Under the pieces are notes generated by a model. The model worked only from the letters and a program-made list of their open reading frames with translations. It was not told the DNA's origin and did no database searches. Shown here piece after piece: positions 34,330 to 44,669 of a stretch of DNA of 61,568 nucleotides. This stretch comes from an uncultured Saprospiraceae bacterium (GTDB lineage: Bacteria; Bacteroidota; Bacteroidia; Chitinophagales; Saprospiraceae). Location: positions 1-61,568 of the forward strand of contig CALLVC010000099.1 in the NCBI GenBank assembly GCA_938010785.1, in the 5' to 3' direction. A program made the translations under genes and the position numbers. Position 1 is the stretch's first letter; each line of letters begins with the position of its first letter.

Positions 34330-37300
34330 TTAGGAGAAGAAAAAACGCTTAATAGTAAAAACCAAAAGTCCAATAATTAAAATTATTCCTACAAAAAAAG
34401 AAGTAGGCCAATGTCTATGCTGAAATTCAATGGGATTTATGTTCCCATAAGCAACATAGCCTGCCCAGAAGAATGGATGTCCAGTGCTTCTATTTTGCTT
34501 AATAAATTCTTTCTTTGCATTCCATAGTGCCTTATCTTTTGGCTGCCCGCTTTTAAGATTCTTATAAAAAATAGGCATAAAGGTAGCCGTGGAATTATCA
34601 CTCACTCTCCAAAGAGTAGTCACCATGCTTTTAGCACCTGCATAAGAAAATCCTTTTCCGATACCAACAATGCCCTCGCCCCGTTTCATTTCACCCAGCC
34701 CCGTTTCACAAGCACTTAACACCACCAAATCTGCTGGAATTATTAAATTAAAAAGGTCTCTAACATACAGCAATTGTTTATCGGAAGAATCCTGTGGTTC
34801 AGAAAAAGCTAAATAAGAATATTCGCCTTGTGCATCATTAGATTTACCATGAGTGGCTAAATGAAGAATTTGTCCTTTTTGAATATAGTCTAAGAAAGCT
34901 TTCCGGGTAGCAGTAACTCCTTTAATAACGGTGCCCCCAATATTATTTTTGATATTTTCTACCTCCTCCTGATTATATTTAAGTGGGCCTAAACCAATTC
35001 TAAAATCAGCAACATCATTCGAGTTATTTGTTCCCTTAAACACGGGAGCAATACCAACAAAGTTTTGGTCAAATTCTAGTACTTCTTTTCCATAAAGTTC
35101 GCTCAACCAATTTACTGAATGGGCATAACTAATTTGATACTGTTCCATTAAATAATTCACATTCGTAAAGTCTTCATCCTTATTAGGTTTTGCCGTTAAT
35201 AATGCATCGAAAGGCAAATGACTAATTGCTCCGTCTGTAATCAGTATGATTCTCTCCGTTAGGTGAGCTTCTATTGGTTGAATTAATAATTGGTATAACT
35301 CAAACCCTAATTGATTTGTGCTATTAATTAAGTTGGTATTCTCAGTCGTATTTATTGAAGACGGTCTATAACTATAAATACTTTCCCTAAACTTATTGAT
35401 TTTTATATCTAAATCAGCTTTTATCGGTAAGGTAAAAACTTGAAAATCGTCTTGCTGTATCAAAAATGCATACATAACATTTTCATCAATAAAGTATTCA
35501 AGAATAGATTGGTCCCGTTTTAGTATCTTTTGCTGAATCTCTTTTATTGAAATAAAGGTAGGCTCAAATTTTAGTTCATAATAATCTGGATAATCCTTAC
35601 CGATTTTATCGACTAACACTTGTCGTTCTTGTTTTAAATCAAAAATATCCCCGTTTAGCTCTCTTACTATGGCTCTATCTATCTCCGCTTTTTGATTTTC
35701 TTCATACCGTCTATTTTCTAGATAGGTAATATTATTTCTTAACTTTTTTTGCTGCTCGATAAGTGTATCTGGAATACCCGCTAATTCAAAGGCACTGATA
35801 TTTTTTATCGTTTCCAATAAAATTAAATTCTTACTTTTCTCAGATAAACCAAAGGCCGCTTCCAAATATTTCTTTTTGCTCGTTTGGGCATACAATCCAA
35901 GTTTTGTTTGAATTGCCATACTAAAAACCTTGTGGTATTCATCTATGAAGTTTTCCTTAGTACTCCTTTCCTGATAATTTTTATTAATATAATCTACCAG
36001 CACTATCGTGGAAGTAAGTAAACTATCTATTTTTAACAAATCCGTTGTCTCATTATTTAATCGATTCTGATATAGTGCTGCATATTCCAAATTTAGAGAA
36101 ACAAGATTTTTAAGTTGTTTAATTGTTAACAACATTTCATCACTCGTTTCACCATTTGCTTTGAAAGCTGCTGAATAGGCAGAAGTCGATTTTGCAGTAT
36201 CTTTTAGTTGTCGAAAACATGCTCCTTTTATTAGGTATAAATCAAAAAGTTCGACTGGTCTTTCTTGGTAGTACTTTTCGCCAAGTTTAATGGCTTTATT
36301 TATAGCTAACAATGCAACTTCTAAATTATTGACTGATATATGATGTCCTGCTATAGCTTTATAAGTATTCAACAAATAATCTTTATCATTTTTTTCAATC
36401 TTTTTGAATCCTTCAATGGCTATGTCAAAATGAATATTAGCTGCCGTGTTTTTTTTGTTAAGAGAGGCTTCAATTCCTTTAATCCGATGAACTGCTGGTA
36501 ATAAAAAAGGGTTCTCTTTATCTATGACCAATGCTTTATCCAAGTATTTGTACGCTTTTTTATAATCCTTAAGCTTTGCATAAACATCACCTATATTAAA
36601 ATGTAACATTCCTTCTCGAAAAATATCTCTCTTTTGTTGTTTTTCTACTATCTGTAAAGCTTTATAAAAATAGTTGATAGCTTCTCCATAAAGTTCATTT
36701 TGATCATAAGCATCTCCCAAATATTTGTAGGTATAAGCTAAATCTTCATGATTTTCTCCAAGTTCACTTTGCTTTAATACTAAAGCTTTTCTTAAGAACT
36801 TAATGGCTTCTACAAAATCGCCTTTAGAAAAAGCATTAAAACCTAACTCCTCATAAAAATCAGCATTTTCTGCATTTTCTTTAGGATGTATCTTTTTCAG
36901 AATCGCTAATCCTTGCTCGAAAGCCTCATCTGATTTAATAAACTGTTCTTTTGTTTGATATAAGAAACCGATATTAAAATATAGGTTACTTAGTTTGACA
37001 TGTGGTGCATTATATATTTTTTGTTTCAGCGCTAAGGATTTCTTATAATTTACTATACTGCTATCTAACTCTTCTAGTTCATGATAACAAGAACCTAGTA
37101 CTAGATAGGATTCTGCCAAGTAGACTAATTCAGCCGTATCTCTTTGTAAATATGTTTTTGTTGTATTTAAAAAATTAATTGCTTTATTCCAGTTTTCTTT
37201 TGCATGCCAGTATTCGCCTTGGAGATAGGCTATTTTACCTAAGTGAGTCGTATTCTTAGCCTTGGATAAGCTTTCCAATTCTTTGATGGTCACCAGTAAA

Positions 37301-37449
37301 CTTTCCATTTGACCATCTGCTAAGTACGCCTGAGCTTCGGTCCATTTTTTATCAAATAAATCCACATTTTCTTGGCCGATTCCTAAAAAGGAAATGCTCA
37401 TAAGAAACAGGGAAATTATTGTTTTTTTATGCCAAAAAATGATGCTCAT
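34330..37449 (-). CDS. TPR-repeat / CHAT-domain protein with N-terminal signal peptide and C-terminal TM anchor
   Basis: 1039-aa ORF. Multiple TPR-like repeats in aa ~30-460. CHAT caspase-like dyad context ILHLATHG ... LVVLSACETGLGE. C-terminal hydrophobic helix FFVGIILIIGLLVFTI. Confidence 0.85.
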   Translation of the reverse strand: MSIIFWHKKTIISLFLMSISFLGIGQENVDLFDKKWTEAQAYLADGQMESLLVTIKELESLSKAKNTTHLGKIAYLQGEYWHAKENWNKAINFLNTTKTYLQRDTAELVYLAESYLVLGSCYHELEELDSSIVNYKKSLALKQKIYNAPHVKLSNLYFNIGFLYQTKEQFIKSDEAFEQGLAILKKIHPKENAENADFYEELGFNAFSKGDFVEAIKFLRKALVLKQSELGENHEDLAYTYKYLGDAYDQNELYGEAINYFYKALQIVEKQQKRDIFREGMLHFNIGDVYAKLKDYKKAYKYLDKALVIDKENPFLLPAVHRIKGIEASLNKKNTAANIHFDIAIEGFKKIEKNDKDYLLNTYKAIAGHHISVNNLEVALLAINKAIKLGEKYYQERPVELFDLYLIKGACFRQLKDTAKSTSAYSAAFKANGETSDEMLLTIKQLKNLVSLNLEYAALYQNRLNNETTDLLKIDSLLTSTIVLVDYINKNYQERSTKENFIDEYHKVFSMAIQTKLGLYAQTSKKKYLEAAFGLSEKSKNLILLETIKNISAFELAGIPDTLIEQQKKLRNNITYLENRRYEENQKAEIDRAIVRELNGDIFDLKQERQVLVDKIGKDYPDYYELKFEPTFISIKEIQQKILKRDQSILEYFIDENVMYAFLIQQDDFQVFTLPIKADLDIKINKFRESIYSYRPSSINTTENTNLINSTNQLGFELYQLLIQPIEAHLTERIILITDGAISHLPFDALLTAKPNKDEDFTNVNYLMEQYQISYAHSVNWLSELYGKEVLEFDQNFVGIAPVFKGTNNSNDVADFRIGLGPLKYNQEEVENIKNNIGGTVIKGVTATRKAFLDYIQKGQILHLATHGKSNDAQGEYSYLAFSEPQDSSDKQLLYVRDLFNLIIPADLVVLSACETGLGEMKRGEGIVGIGKGFSYAGAKSMVTTLWRVSDNSTATFMPIFYKNLKSGQPKDKALWNAKKEFIKQNRSTGHPFFWAGYVAYGNINPIEFQHRHWPTSFFVGIILIIGLLVFTIKRFFFS

Positions 37450-37618
37450 AAAAGAATTACCAAATTAAACTATAAAAGTATAGTGACCGCTAGTCAAAAT
37501 AGAAAGCTAATTTAAAGAATAATATGCGAAGGAGAAAGATTTAAGAGGTAAACCTCTCCTAAAGTGTAGTAAAAACTTACCTTTGAGTAATTTCTATAAT
37601 ATCAAAAAACTTAATAAT

Positions 37619-38359
37619 ATGCGTATTCTTAAATGGTTACTAGGCATCATTGCCTTATTATTTCTTGGTTTATTTATATTTATTAAAGTATCGAGTGAAG
37701 CTAAACCAACTGGAACAACAGGCGCAGCAGCGGATGCACTCGCTAATAAAGTATTGATGGCTATTGATAAACCTGCTTGGGACACCACTGGTGTAGTCCA
37801 ATGGACCTTTAAAGGTGCTCATGACTTTTTATGGGATAAAAAAAGAAATTTAGTCAAAGTTAACTGGGAGGAGAATGAAGTATTAGTTACTCTTGATGAA
37901 ACAACTGGTAGAGCATGGAAAAACGGCGTAGAAATAACTGGTGATGAAGGAGATAAATTGGTCAAAGCAGCATGGGCGCATTTTTGTAATGATTCTTTTT
38001 GGCTAAATGCACCTGCTAAAGTATTTGACCCCGGTACAGAAAGAAGTATTGTAGATATGCCCGACGGCAGCAAAGGTCTAATGATTACTTACAAATCTGG
38101 AGGTGTTACACCTGGTGATTCCTATTTATGGAGTTTAGATGAAAATGGATTACCAACTAGCTACAAAATGTGGGTTTCTATTATTCCTGTAGGCGGTATG
38201 GAGTTCACTTGGGAAGATTATACGACTCTTTCTACAGGCGCTAAAATAGCTACGAACCATGCTAGTAAGGTTTTAGGTATAGATATTACCAATTTAAAAG
38301 CAGCAACAGATTTGACTAGTTTTGGTCTTTCAAATGACCCATTTCAGCCAATTTTGTGA
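37619..38359 (+). CDS. Membrane-anchored hypothetical protein
   Basis: The ORF track starts at 37583 (TTG); ATG 37619 gives MRILKWLLGIIALLFLGLFIF, a signal anchor. No recognisable motifs. Confidence 0.6.
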   Translation: MRILKWLLGIIALLFLGLFIFIKVSSEAKPTGTTGAAADALANKVLMAIDKPAWDTTGVVQWTFKGAHDFLWDKKRNLVKVNWEENEVLVTLDETTGRAWKNGVEITGDEGDKLVKAAWAHFCNDSFWLNAPAKVFDPGTERSIVDMPDGSKGLMITYKSGGVTPGDSYLWSLDENGLPTSYKMWVSIIPVGGMEFTWEDYTTLSTGAKIATNHASKVLGIDITNLKAATDLTSFGLSNDPFQPIL

Positions 38360-38440
38360 AATATTTTAAAGGTCCTCGTTTTTATAGAAACATAAGCTTA
38401 CTAAATCAGGTATATCTGCCTGATAATCAGTTAAGCTTCA

Positions 38441-38605
38441 GGATATAGAGCGTCAGATAAAAAATTGATATTACAAAAAATATTATTGTAATTTAATATC
38501 AACTAATATCTGTGTTCCTTCACTAATCCGTGGTAGTAATCAATACCACGGATTAGTGAAGGAACACGGATATTTATTACTTTTTTGTCTGACGCTCTAA
38601 TATCC
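38441..38605. repeat. Composite nested palindrome (MITE-like)
   Basis: Perfect 24-bp arms at 38512-38535 / 38544-38567, extendable to 30 bp with one mismatch. Outer arms at 38441-38464 / 38581-38605 (GGATATAGAGCGTCAGATAAAAAA vs its near reverse complement). An AT-rich inner hairpin at 38465-38502. Confidence 0.85.
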
Positions 38606-39270
38606 CATTGATTACGGATTGAAAAGTAATTAGCAGAAAGACTATTAACGGTTGATTTTTTTGATAAATTATAGTAAAATCGTGGTGAAATTTGTAAGCT
38701 TAAATACCCATCATAATAGGCATAATCCTGTTTCCCATAATGTAAGTAGGTAAGATTGGTATTGATGGAAAAGGCAGTTCGTTTTATTCCTTGTTCGTAC
38801 CCAATACTGATTTTACTTAGCAAGTTATTTCTTCCTGTCCCAAGAAAAATTGGTAATAAATCTAGTTTCCACATAGACAAATCTTCTTTGTTGTACTCCA
38901 AAATGGGTTTCTTAACTTGTGTATTCTCTGTTTTGCCTAAAGCAATTCCAAGACCTACTTTATAAGTCATTAAGGACTGCCATTTAGGAAGTTGTTTAAA
39001 ATATGCACTTTCTTCTGGTGTTAATAATTCTACTGGAAAGTCAAATGCTTCATTATATCGAATTGCAGATGCAAAAAACCTTTTTTGTTAAACCTCCGTT
39101 GCCAACCGATATTTAGGGTACTATATTGAAAATTACTCTTAATGTAAGGGGTATAATGTACGTCCATCAGCAGTCGTTACACTAGTAAAACCAGGTCTTT
39201 GTCAATGCTGCCTACCAATTGTACTTCCCAAATAAAGCCCACTTAGATTATTGCCACTTTTACCATTTTG
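38503..39270 (-). pseudogene. Decayed outer-membrane beta-barrel-like gene (several frame breaks)
   Basis: The 155-aa ORF 38503..38970 has an alternating beta-strand pattern. Upstream minus-strand translation continues in other frames (NGKSGNNLSGLYLGSTIGRQH*, FQYSTLNIGWQRRF..., LLTPEESAYFKQLPKWQSL-MTYKV), interrupted by stops and frameshifts. The 3' end runs into the palindromic element at 38441-38605. Confidence 0.5.
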
Positions 39271-39530
39271 GTGTCGGTCATTTTTTGATTACAGCCTGCC
39301 TTCTTTAAAGATGTTAATTAAAAGAGGATGAAATAGGATAGAAGGGTTGTATAAGATAGGAAAAAAACAACAAATAAGTTTTTTTTGTATTTAAATAGCA
39401 GAAATATCGCTTTGCTGGAATAAATTATAGTATTTTATAAAAATTAATAATAGATATATTTTTTAACAATATTTACTTTTGTTAATTTTAGGTTTAAGTT
39501 ACATAAACACAGTTATATACAACCCATATC

Positions 39531-39887
39531 ATGAAATTGGTAAATATTACCCTTGCCCTACTTTTTACAGTATTTGCTATTGTACAATACAATGACCCAG
39601 ACCCATGGTTGTGGATTAGTGTTTATTCTTTTATAGCAATTGTGTCAGGTCTTGCAGCTGTAAAAATATATCCCACTTGGTTGATACGAATCGGTCTAGC
39701 TAGTTGCGTGATTGGTTTAGGCATATTATTACCAGATTTTATAGATTGGATGAATACGGGGGCAGAATCCATTACCGAATCTATGCAAGCCAAAAAGCCA
39801 CATATTGAATTAACCAGAGAGTTCTTAGGTTTACTATTGTGTACTTTAGTTATGGGTTTACATCTTTGGCAATCGCAGCAAAAGTAG
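39531..39887 (+). CDS. Small integral membrane protein (TMEM220-like family)
   Basis: 118-aa ORF with four hydrophobic helices. N-terminal FAIVQYNDPDPWLWI motif as I recall it for transmembrane-220 family proteins. Confidence 0.65.
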   Translation: MKLVNITLALLFTVFAIVQYNDPDPWLWISVYSFIAIVSGLAAVKIYPTWLIRIGLASCVIGLGILLPDFIDWMNTGAESITESMQAKKPHIELTREFLGLLLCTLVMGLHLWQSQQK

Positions 39888-41025
39888 GTGATTCAGATTT
39901 AAGCGCTTCACAATTATTAAAGGCCATAAAAGCCTTTAATTTTTTTAGAAAAGGGGCATGAAATTCGTCTGAATTTTTCAAACCATCTTCCCAAACTAAA
40001 TTTCTTATCCAAAGGATTTTCGTCTTTCTATCTGCCTTTACATCTATTTGTCCTATAAAGTTTTTATCATATAAAATAGGTAAACTAAAATACCCCACCT
40101 TTCGTTTTTTAGCAGTCACATAGCATTCCAAAAGGTAAGAGAAGTCAAAGAGTTGTTCGACTCGTTTTCTCAAAATGACTAAATTGTCAAAAGGAGAAAG
40201 GATATGTAATTTTTTAGTTTTTCTAGCAGGGGAATAGCTGTCTATTGAATCCGTAAAAGCATAATAAGGGGTAGTGACTAGGTTTTTAATTTGAATTGGA
40301 CATAGTTCTCCCTTTTGAACAAGCTTATCTATTATCGCCTGTTTTTCTTTAATAGAAATTTTTAAGAGGTGCCCGATAGATTTCGTGGTGATGAGTCCAT
40401 GCGCGCCAATATCTCTTCGAATAATATGTTCGATGTATTCGTCCCTAGTTGGTAAATCTGTGTTTACTTCGGCTGGTAAAAAACGCTCGGGTAAGTCGTA
40501 GATTTTTTGAAAGCCTTTTCGCCCTACAATCATAATCCGCCCGTCCATAAACAGGTGCATTAAAGCCTGCTTGATGGGTGGCAATCCCCATCCTTGTATT
40601 TTGACAAACGTACCTTTATCAAAATCCTTTGACATCATGGGACCCCGTTCTTTAATTTGGTCAAGCACATAGGCCATATTTTGAGGATTCTTTTGGTACC
40701 AGTGTTTATCCTTTTGTGTTTTTTCCCATTTTCTATATAAGCTAAACCGATAATCTTTCATTGGCAAAAAACTGGCAGCATGCGCCCAATAATCATAGAC
40801 TTTTTTATCTTTTTCTACTAAGGTGCTTAAAAAATCGGCTTGATAATTAGGCACTCTAGTCCATAGGACATGATGATGCGCTCGTTGGACAACAGAGATA
40901 GTATCAATTTGTACATAGCCTAGCTGTTCAATCGTTTCAAGTACCCCCTTTTTACCTTTTTTAGGAGTCGGTAATTGATGGTCTAAGACAAAAGAACGGG
41001 CGGTATTTTTGGTGATGATTTTCAA
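39850..41025 (-). CDS. YcaQ/AlkZ-like winged-helix DNA glycosylase family protein (DUF1006)
   Basis: 391-aa ORF. N-terminal ARSFVLDHQL...LETIEQLGYVQIDTISVVQRAHHHVLWTRVPNY is characteristic of the YcaQ family. The 3' end overlaps the convergent 39531..39887 by 38 bp. Confidence 0.8.
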   Translation of the reverse strand: MKIITKNTARSFVLDHQLPTPKKGKKGVLETIEQLGYVQIDTISVVQRAHHHVLWTRVPNYQADFLSTLVEKDKKVYDYWAHAASFLPMKDYRFSLYRKWEKTQKDKHWYQKNPQNMAYVLDQIKERGPMMSKDFDKGTFVKIQGWGLPPIKQALMHLFMDGRIMIVGRKGFQKIYDLPERFLPAEVNTDLPTRDEYIEHIIRRDIGAHGLITTKSIGHLLKISIKEKQAIIDKLVQKGELCPIQIKNLVTTPYYAFTDSIDSYSPARKTKKLHILSPFDNLVILRKRVEQLFDFSYLLECYVTAKKRKVGYFSLPILYDKNFIGQIDVKADRKTKILWIRNLVWEDGLKNSDEFHAPFLKKLKAFMAFNNCEALKSESPTFAAIAKDVNP

Positions 41026-41237
41026 CAGAAATAAATTTTGGTTGATAATAAAACGGGGGTAATTGGGTTTTGCCCAATTGTGCCAATATAACCCTAGCCA
41101 TACTTGTGAAAAAGAAGTCCATAAAGGAACGCATTTTAATTTAAAAACACATTAGCCACTTCATAAATAAATGGTATTTTCAACAATTTGCCTTACCTTG
41201 AGGAAATATTTTAATCAAGGATAAAGATAAAACGAAA

Positions 41238-42941
41238 ATGCTCAAACAACTCATCAGCCTAATTTTTATAGCGCTATTATTTGCCTGCCAACCAACACCT
41301 AAAGGAGAAATAGCAGATTTAATTTACCAAAATGGTACCGTCATAACAATGGAAGGAGAAGCAGATAAGGCGACTTCTGTAGCCGTGAAGGATGGTAAGA
41401 TTTTGGCAGTTAGCGAGACCTCCTTAGTAGACCAACATCAAGGAGAGGACACAAAGGTAATTGATTTAGAAGGAAAGACGCTTTTACCAGGATTTATAGA
41501 TGCGCATAGTCATATTGCGATGGGGATGGTTTTATTAGGACAAGCCAATATTTCTTCTCCACCAGTCAGTACCGTAAATAATATTGCGGATATTCTACAG
41601 AAGTTAAAAACACACCAAGAGAAAAATAATATTGCCAAAGGAGAATGGATAGTAGGGTGGGGCTATGACCCCGATTTATTGGACGAAAAAAGGCATCCTA
41701 CCAAATTGGACTTAGATGAAATGTTTCCCGATAATCCAGTCTTTCTCATGCACGTATCTGGGCACATGGCAGTCATTAATAGTACCGCTTTAGCTAAAGT
41801 AGGGATTGATGAAAATACCAAAAATCCTGACGGTGGAATGATTGTCCGAATGCCAAATTCTAACGAACCCAATGGATTGGTGCAAGAAACGGCAGTTTAT
41901 GCTGTTAGAAAAGGTTTACCATTGCCGACACCAGAACAGTTAATGGTCTTATTAGAGGAGGTTCAAAATTTATACGCTTCTCATGGAGTTACTTCCGCGC
42001 AGGATGGATTTACAGATTATAAAACCTACCAATTATTACAAAAAGCAGCGTCGATTGGAAAATTGAAATTAGATGTAGAAGTACTTGCAGGATTTTTAGA
42101 GCTAAAGCAATTTTTGACCAATCACGGGCAGGATTTTGGTAAGCGAAATAATCGACTTCGGTTAGCTGGAGTTAAAATAGTATCAGATGGTTCACCACAA
42201 GGGAAAACCGCTTTTTTTAGCAAGCCCTATTTGACCGAAGTACCAGGATGTGCGCATGATTGCAAAGGCTTCCCCAATTTAACGAAAGCACAAATGGCAG
42301 ATGTGATGAAACAGTGCTATGAAGCGGGCATTCAATTGTATACCCATGCGAATGGAGACGGTGCGATAGATTTGTTTTTAGAAACGCATCAGTCGGTCAT
42401 AGATTCGATGGCTAATGTGCCAGAAGATTTAAGAAGTGTCATTATTCACTCTCAATTTGTTCGACCAGACCAATTGGAGTTGTACAAAAAACATAAGATG
42501 ATACCTGCTTATTTCTCCAATCATGCTTTCTTTTGGGGCGATACCCATTTAGAAAATTTAGGAGAAGAAAGAGCCTCGTTTTTAAGCCCACTAAAAGCCT
42601 CGATGGATATGGGCATTGTTTGCACCAATCATACCGATTTTCCAGTCACGCCTATAGACCAATTATTTTTATTAGGCACCGCAGTTAATCGAACAACTCG
42701 AAGTGGCATCACGCTTGGCAAAGACCAGCAACTGACACCATATGAGGGATTAAAAGCGATTACTATTAACTCCGCTTATCAGCATAAGCAAGAGGAGGTA
42801 AAAGGGTCCATTAAAGTAGGAAAGTTGGCAGATTTTGTCATTTTGGCCGAAAATCCTTTGACGGTAGCAGCCGATAAAATTAAAGATATTAAGGTATTAG
42901 AAACGATAAAAGAAGGAGAGGTAATTTTTAGTAGAGAGTAA
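41238..42941 (+). CDS. Amidohydrolase family 3 (YtcJ-like) metal-dependent hydrolase, lipoprotein
   Basis: 567-aa ORF. Lipobox ALLFAC. PGFIDAHSHI metal-binding motif, later HANGDGAID and ..HSQF.. motifs typical of Amidohydro_3. Confidence 0.85.
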   Translation: MLKQLISLIFIALLFACQPTPKGEIADLIYQNGTVITMEGEADKATSVAVKDGKILAVSETSLVDQHQGEDTKVIDLEGKTLLPGFIDAHSHIAMGMVLLGQANISSPPVSTVNNIADILQKLKTHQEKNNIAKGEWIVGWGYDPDLLDEKRHPTKLDLDEMFPDNPVFLMHVSGHMAVINSTALAKVGIDENTKNPDGGMIVRMPNSNEPNGLVQETAVYAVRKGLPLPTPEQLMVLLEEVQNLYASHGVTSAQDGFTDYKTYQLLQKAASIGKLKLDVEVLAGFLELKQFLTNHGQDFGKRNNRLRLAGVKIVSDGSPQGKTAFFSKPYLTEVPGCAHDCKGFPNLTKAQMADVMKQCYEAGIQLYTHANGDGAIDLFLETHQSVIDSMANVPEDLRSVIIHSQFVRPDQLELYKKHKMIPAYFSNHAFFWGDTHLENLGEERASFLSPLKASMDMGIVCTNHTDFPVTPIDQLFLLGTAVNRTTRSGITLGKDQQLTPYEGLKAITINSAYQHKQEEVKGSIKVGKLADFVILAENPLTVAADKIKDIKVLETIKEGEVIFSRE

Positions 42942-43018
42942 TAAAATTATTTGTGTTCGTAAATATAAAAAAATATTTTTTGTTTAAAATTTAAGATATT
43001 TTTTCATATTTAAATATT

Positions 43019-43038
43019 TTTTTGCATTTTTGCAAAAA
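43019..43038. promoter_or_regulatory. 8-bp inverted repeat TTTTTGCA-N4-TGCAAAAA, candidate operator (C-box-like) upstream of the HTH gene
   Basis: Perfect arms at 43019-43026 / 43031-43038, ending 10 nt before ATG 43049 of the small HTH protein that heads the methyltransferase operon. Confidence 0.4.
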
Positions 43039-43048
43039 ATATCTATTT

Positions 43049-43333
43049 ATGGATGACTGGAAACTTAAAGCAAAAAGGTTATTAAAGTCGGAGTTAATAA
43101 GAAAAGGTATATCTCATAAAATGCTGGCATTAGAACTAAATCAATTAGGTATTGAAGAGACAAAATCAAGTATTGATAGTAAAATAAGCCGAGGGACTTT
43201 TAGTGCTGCTTTTTTACTACAATGTTTATATGTTTTAGATTGTGATCAATTATTTTTAGGAAGAGAGAAAAGTACATTAAGTATTGCTGCCGAAGCCGTA
43301 GTGAGTTATCAAAAAAAATCAAAAAATGCATAA
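43049..43333 (+). CDS. Small HTH protein (DUF6471-like), putative controller of the R-M cassette
   Basis: The ORF track starts at TTG 43022; ATG 43049 gives MDDWKLKAKRLLKSELIRKGISHKMLALELNQLGIEETKSSIDSKISRGTFSAAFLLQCL. I recall this pattern as DUF6471. Its stop overlaps the MTase ATG (ATGCATAA, 43326-43333). Confidence 0.65.
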   Translation: MDDWKLKAKRLLKSELIRKGISHKMLALELNQLGIEETKSSIDSKISRGTFSAAFLLQCLYVLDCDQLFLGREKSTLSIAAEAVVSYQKKSKNA

Positions 43334-44669
43334 GAGAAAAGTTAAATTTATTGATTTATTTGCGGGTATGGGAGGAATGAAATTAGGGTTTGAAAATGCT
43401 TTTAAAAAACATGGTTTTGAGACGGAATGTGTGATGACCTCAGAAATAAAACCTTATGCTATAAAAACTTTGATGGCAAATTTTTCAGGAGAAAATTTTG
43501 TTGGGGATATTTTTAAGGTTAGAAATGAAGCTATACCTGATTTTGATTTCCTATTAGGAGGATTTCCTTGTCAACCATTTAGTGCAAGCGGAAAGCGTTT
43601 TGGTTTTCAAGACACAAGGGGCACTTTATTTTTTGAGATTGAACGAATTTTAGAAGCAAAAAAACCTTACGGTTTCATTTTAGAAAATGTTGAGGGGTTA
43701 ATAAAACATGATTTAGAGAATAAGAAAGATAAAATAGGACGCACTTTAAAAACAATATTGATTAAATTAAGAGAATTGGGTTATCAGGTCTCCTATAATT
43801 TATTAGATTCTATTGATTTTAATTTGCCACAATCCAGAAAAAGAGTGTTTATAGTGGGAACAAGAGAAAAAGAAATTGATTTGACTGATTTTCCCACGAA
43901 GCGAGCAAAATTAAGAGAGATATTAGAGACAGGATTGGATACAGTAAGTACGACTTTTACAAAAAAGTTGCTACAAAACTATTCTATTGAAGAACTTTAT
44001 GGAAAATCTATCAAAGATAAAAGAGGAGGAAAGAATAATATTCACAGTTGGGATATAGAAATAAAAGGAGCTGTAAGCCCCAAACAGAAGCTTTTATTAA
44101 ATAAATTATTTAAAGAGCGAAGGAAGAAAAAATGGGCAGAAGAAAATGGCATTGATTGGATGGACGGAATGTCGCTATCATTAGAACAGATAAATACCTT
44201 TTTTCCTGATAAAAAATTAAAGGAACTTTTAGATGATTTGGTGGATAAAGGATACTTGAAATTTGAACATCCTAAAAAACTAGTGCGAGAAGTAACTGAA
44301 AATGGGGGTATCAAAAAATTTAGAACTTTTGATGAAGATTTACCAAAAGGATATAATATAGTTACGGGAAAATTGAGTTTTGAAATTAATAAGATTTTAG
44401 ATCCAGAAGATATAGCTCCTACTTTAGTTGCCACAGATGTTTCTAGAATAGCAGTGGTAGATGGTAGTGGGTTGCGAAAATTATCTATTCGAGAAGGTTT
44501 AAGACTTTTTGGGTATCCAGAGTGGTATAAAATACCAGTAAAAGAAAAAGAAGCATTTGATTTATTAGGGAATACGGTGGCTGTGCCAGTTATGGAAGCT
44601 GTAGCGATTAGAACCGCAGAAATATATGCTAGTTATAATCAATTAACAACAAGTACCGTCCCCGTATGA
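43326..44669 (+). CDS. DNA (cytosine-5)-methyltransferase
   Basis: 447-aa ORF. Motif I FIDLFAGMGG, motif IV GGFPCQPFS, motif VI ENVEGL, motif VIII QSRKRVF, long variable TRD, motif X GNTVAVPV. Confidence 0.95.
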   Translation: MHKRKVKFIDLFAGMGGMKLGFENAFKKHGFETECVMTSEIKPYAIKTLMANFSGENFVGDIFKVRNEAIPDFDFLLGGFPCQPFSASGKRFGFQDTRGTLFFEIERILEAKKPYGFILENVEGLIKHDLENKKDKIGRTLKTILIKLRELGYQVSYNLLDSIDFNLPQSRKRVFIVGTREKEIDLTDFPTKRAKLREILETGLDTVSTTFTKKLLQNYSIEELYGKSIKDKRGGKNNIHSWDIEIKGAVSPKQKLLLNKLFKERRKKKWAEENGIDWMDGMSLSLEQINTFFPDKKLKELLDDLVDKGYLKFEHPKKLVREVTENGGIKKFRTFDEDLPKGYNIVTGKLSFEINKILDPEDIAPTLVATDVSRIAVVDGSGLRKLSIREGLRLFGYPEWYKIPVKEKEAFDLLGNTVAVPVMEAVAIRTAEIYASYNQLTTSTVPV

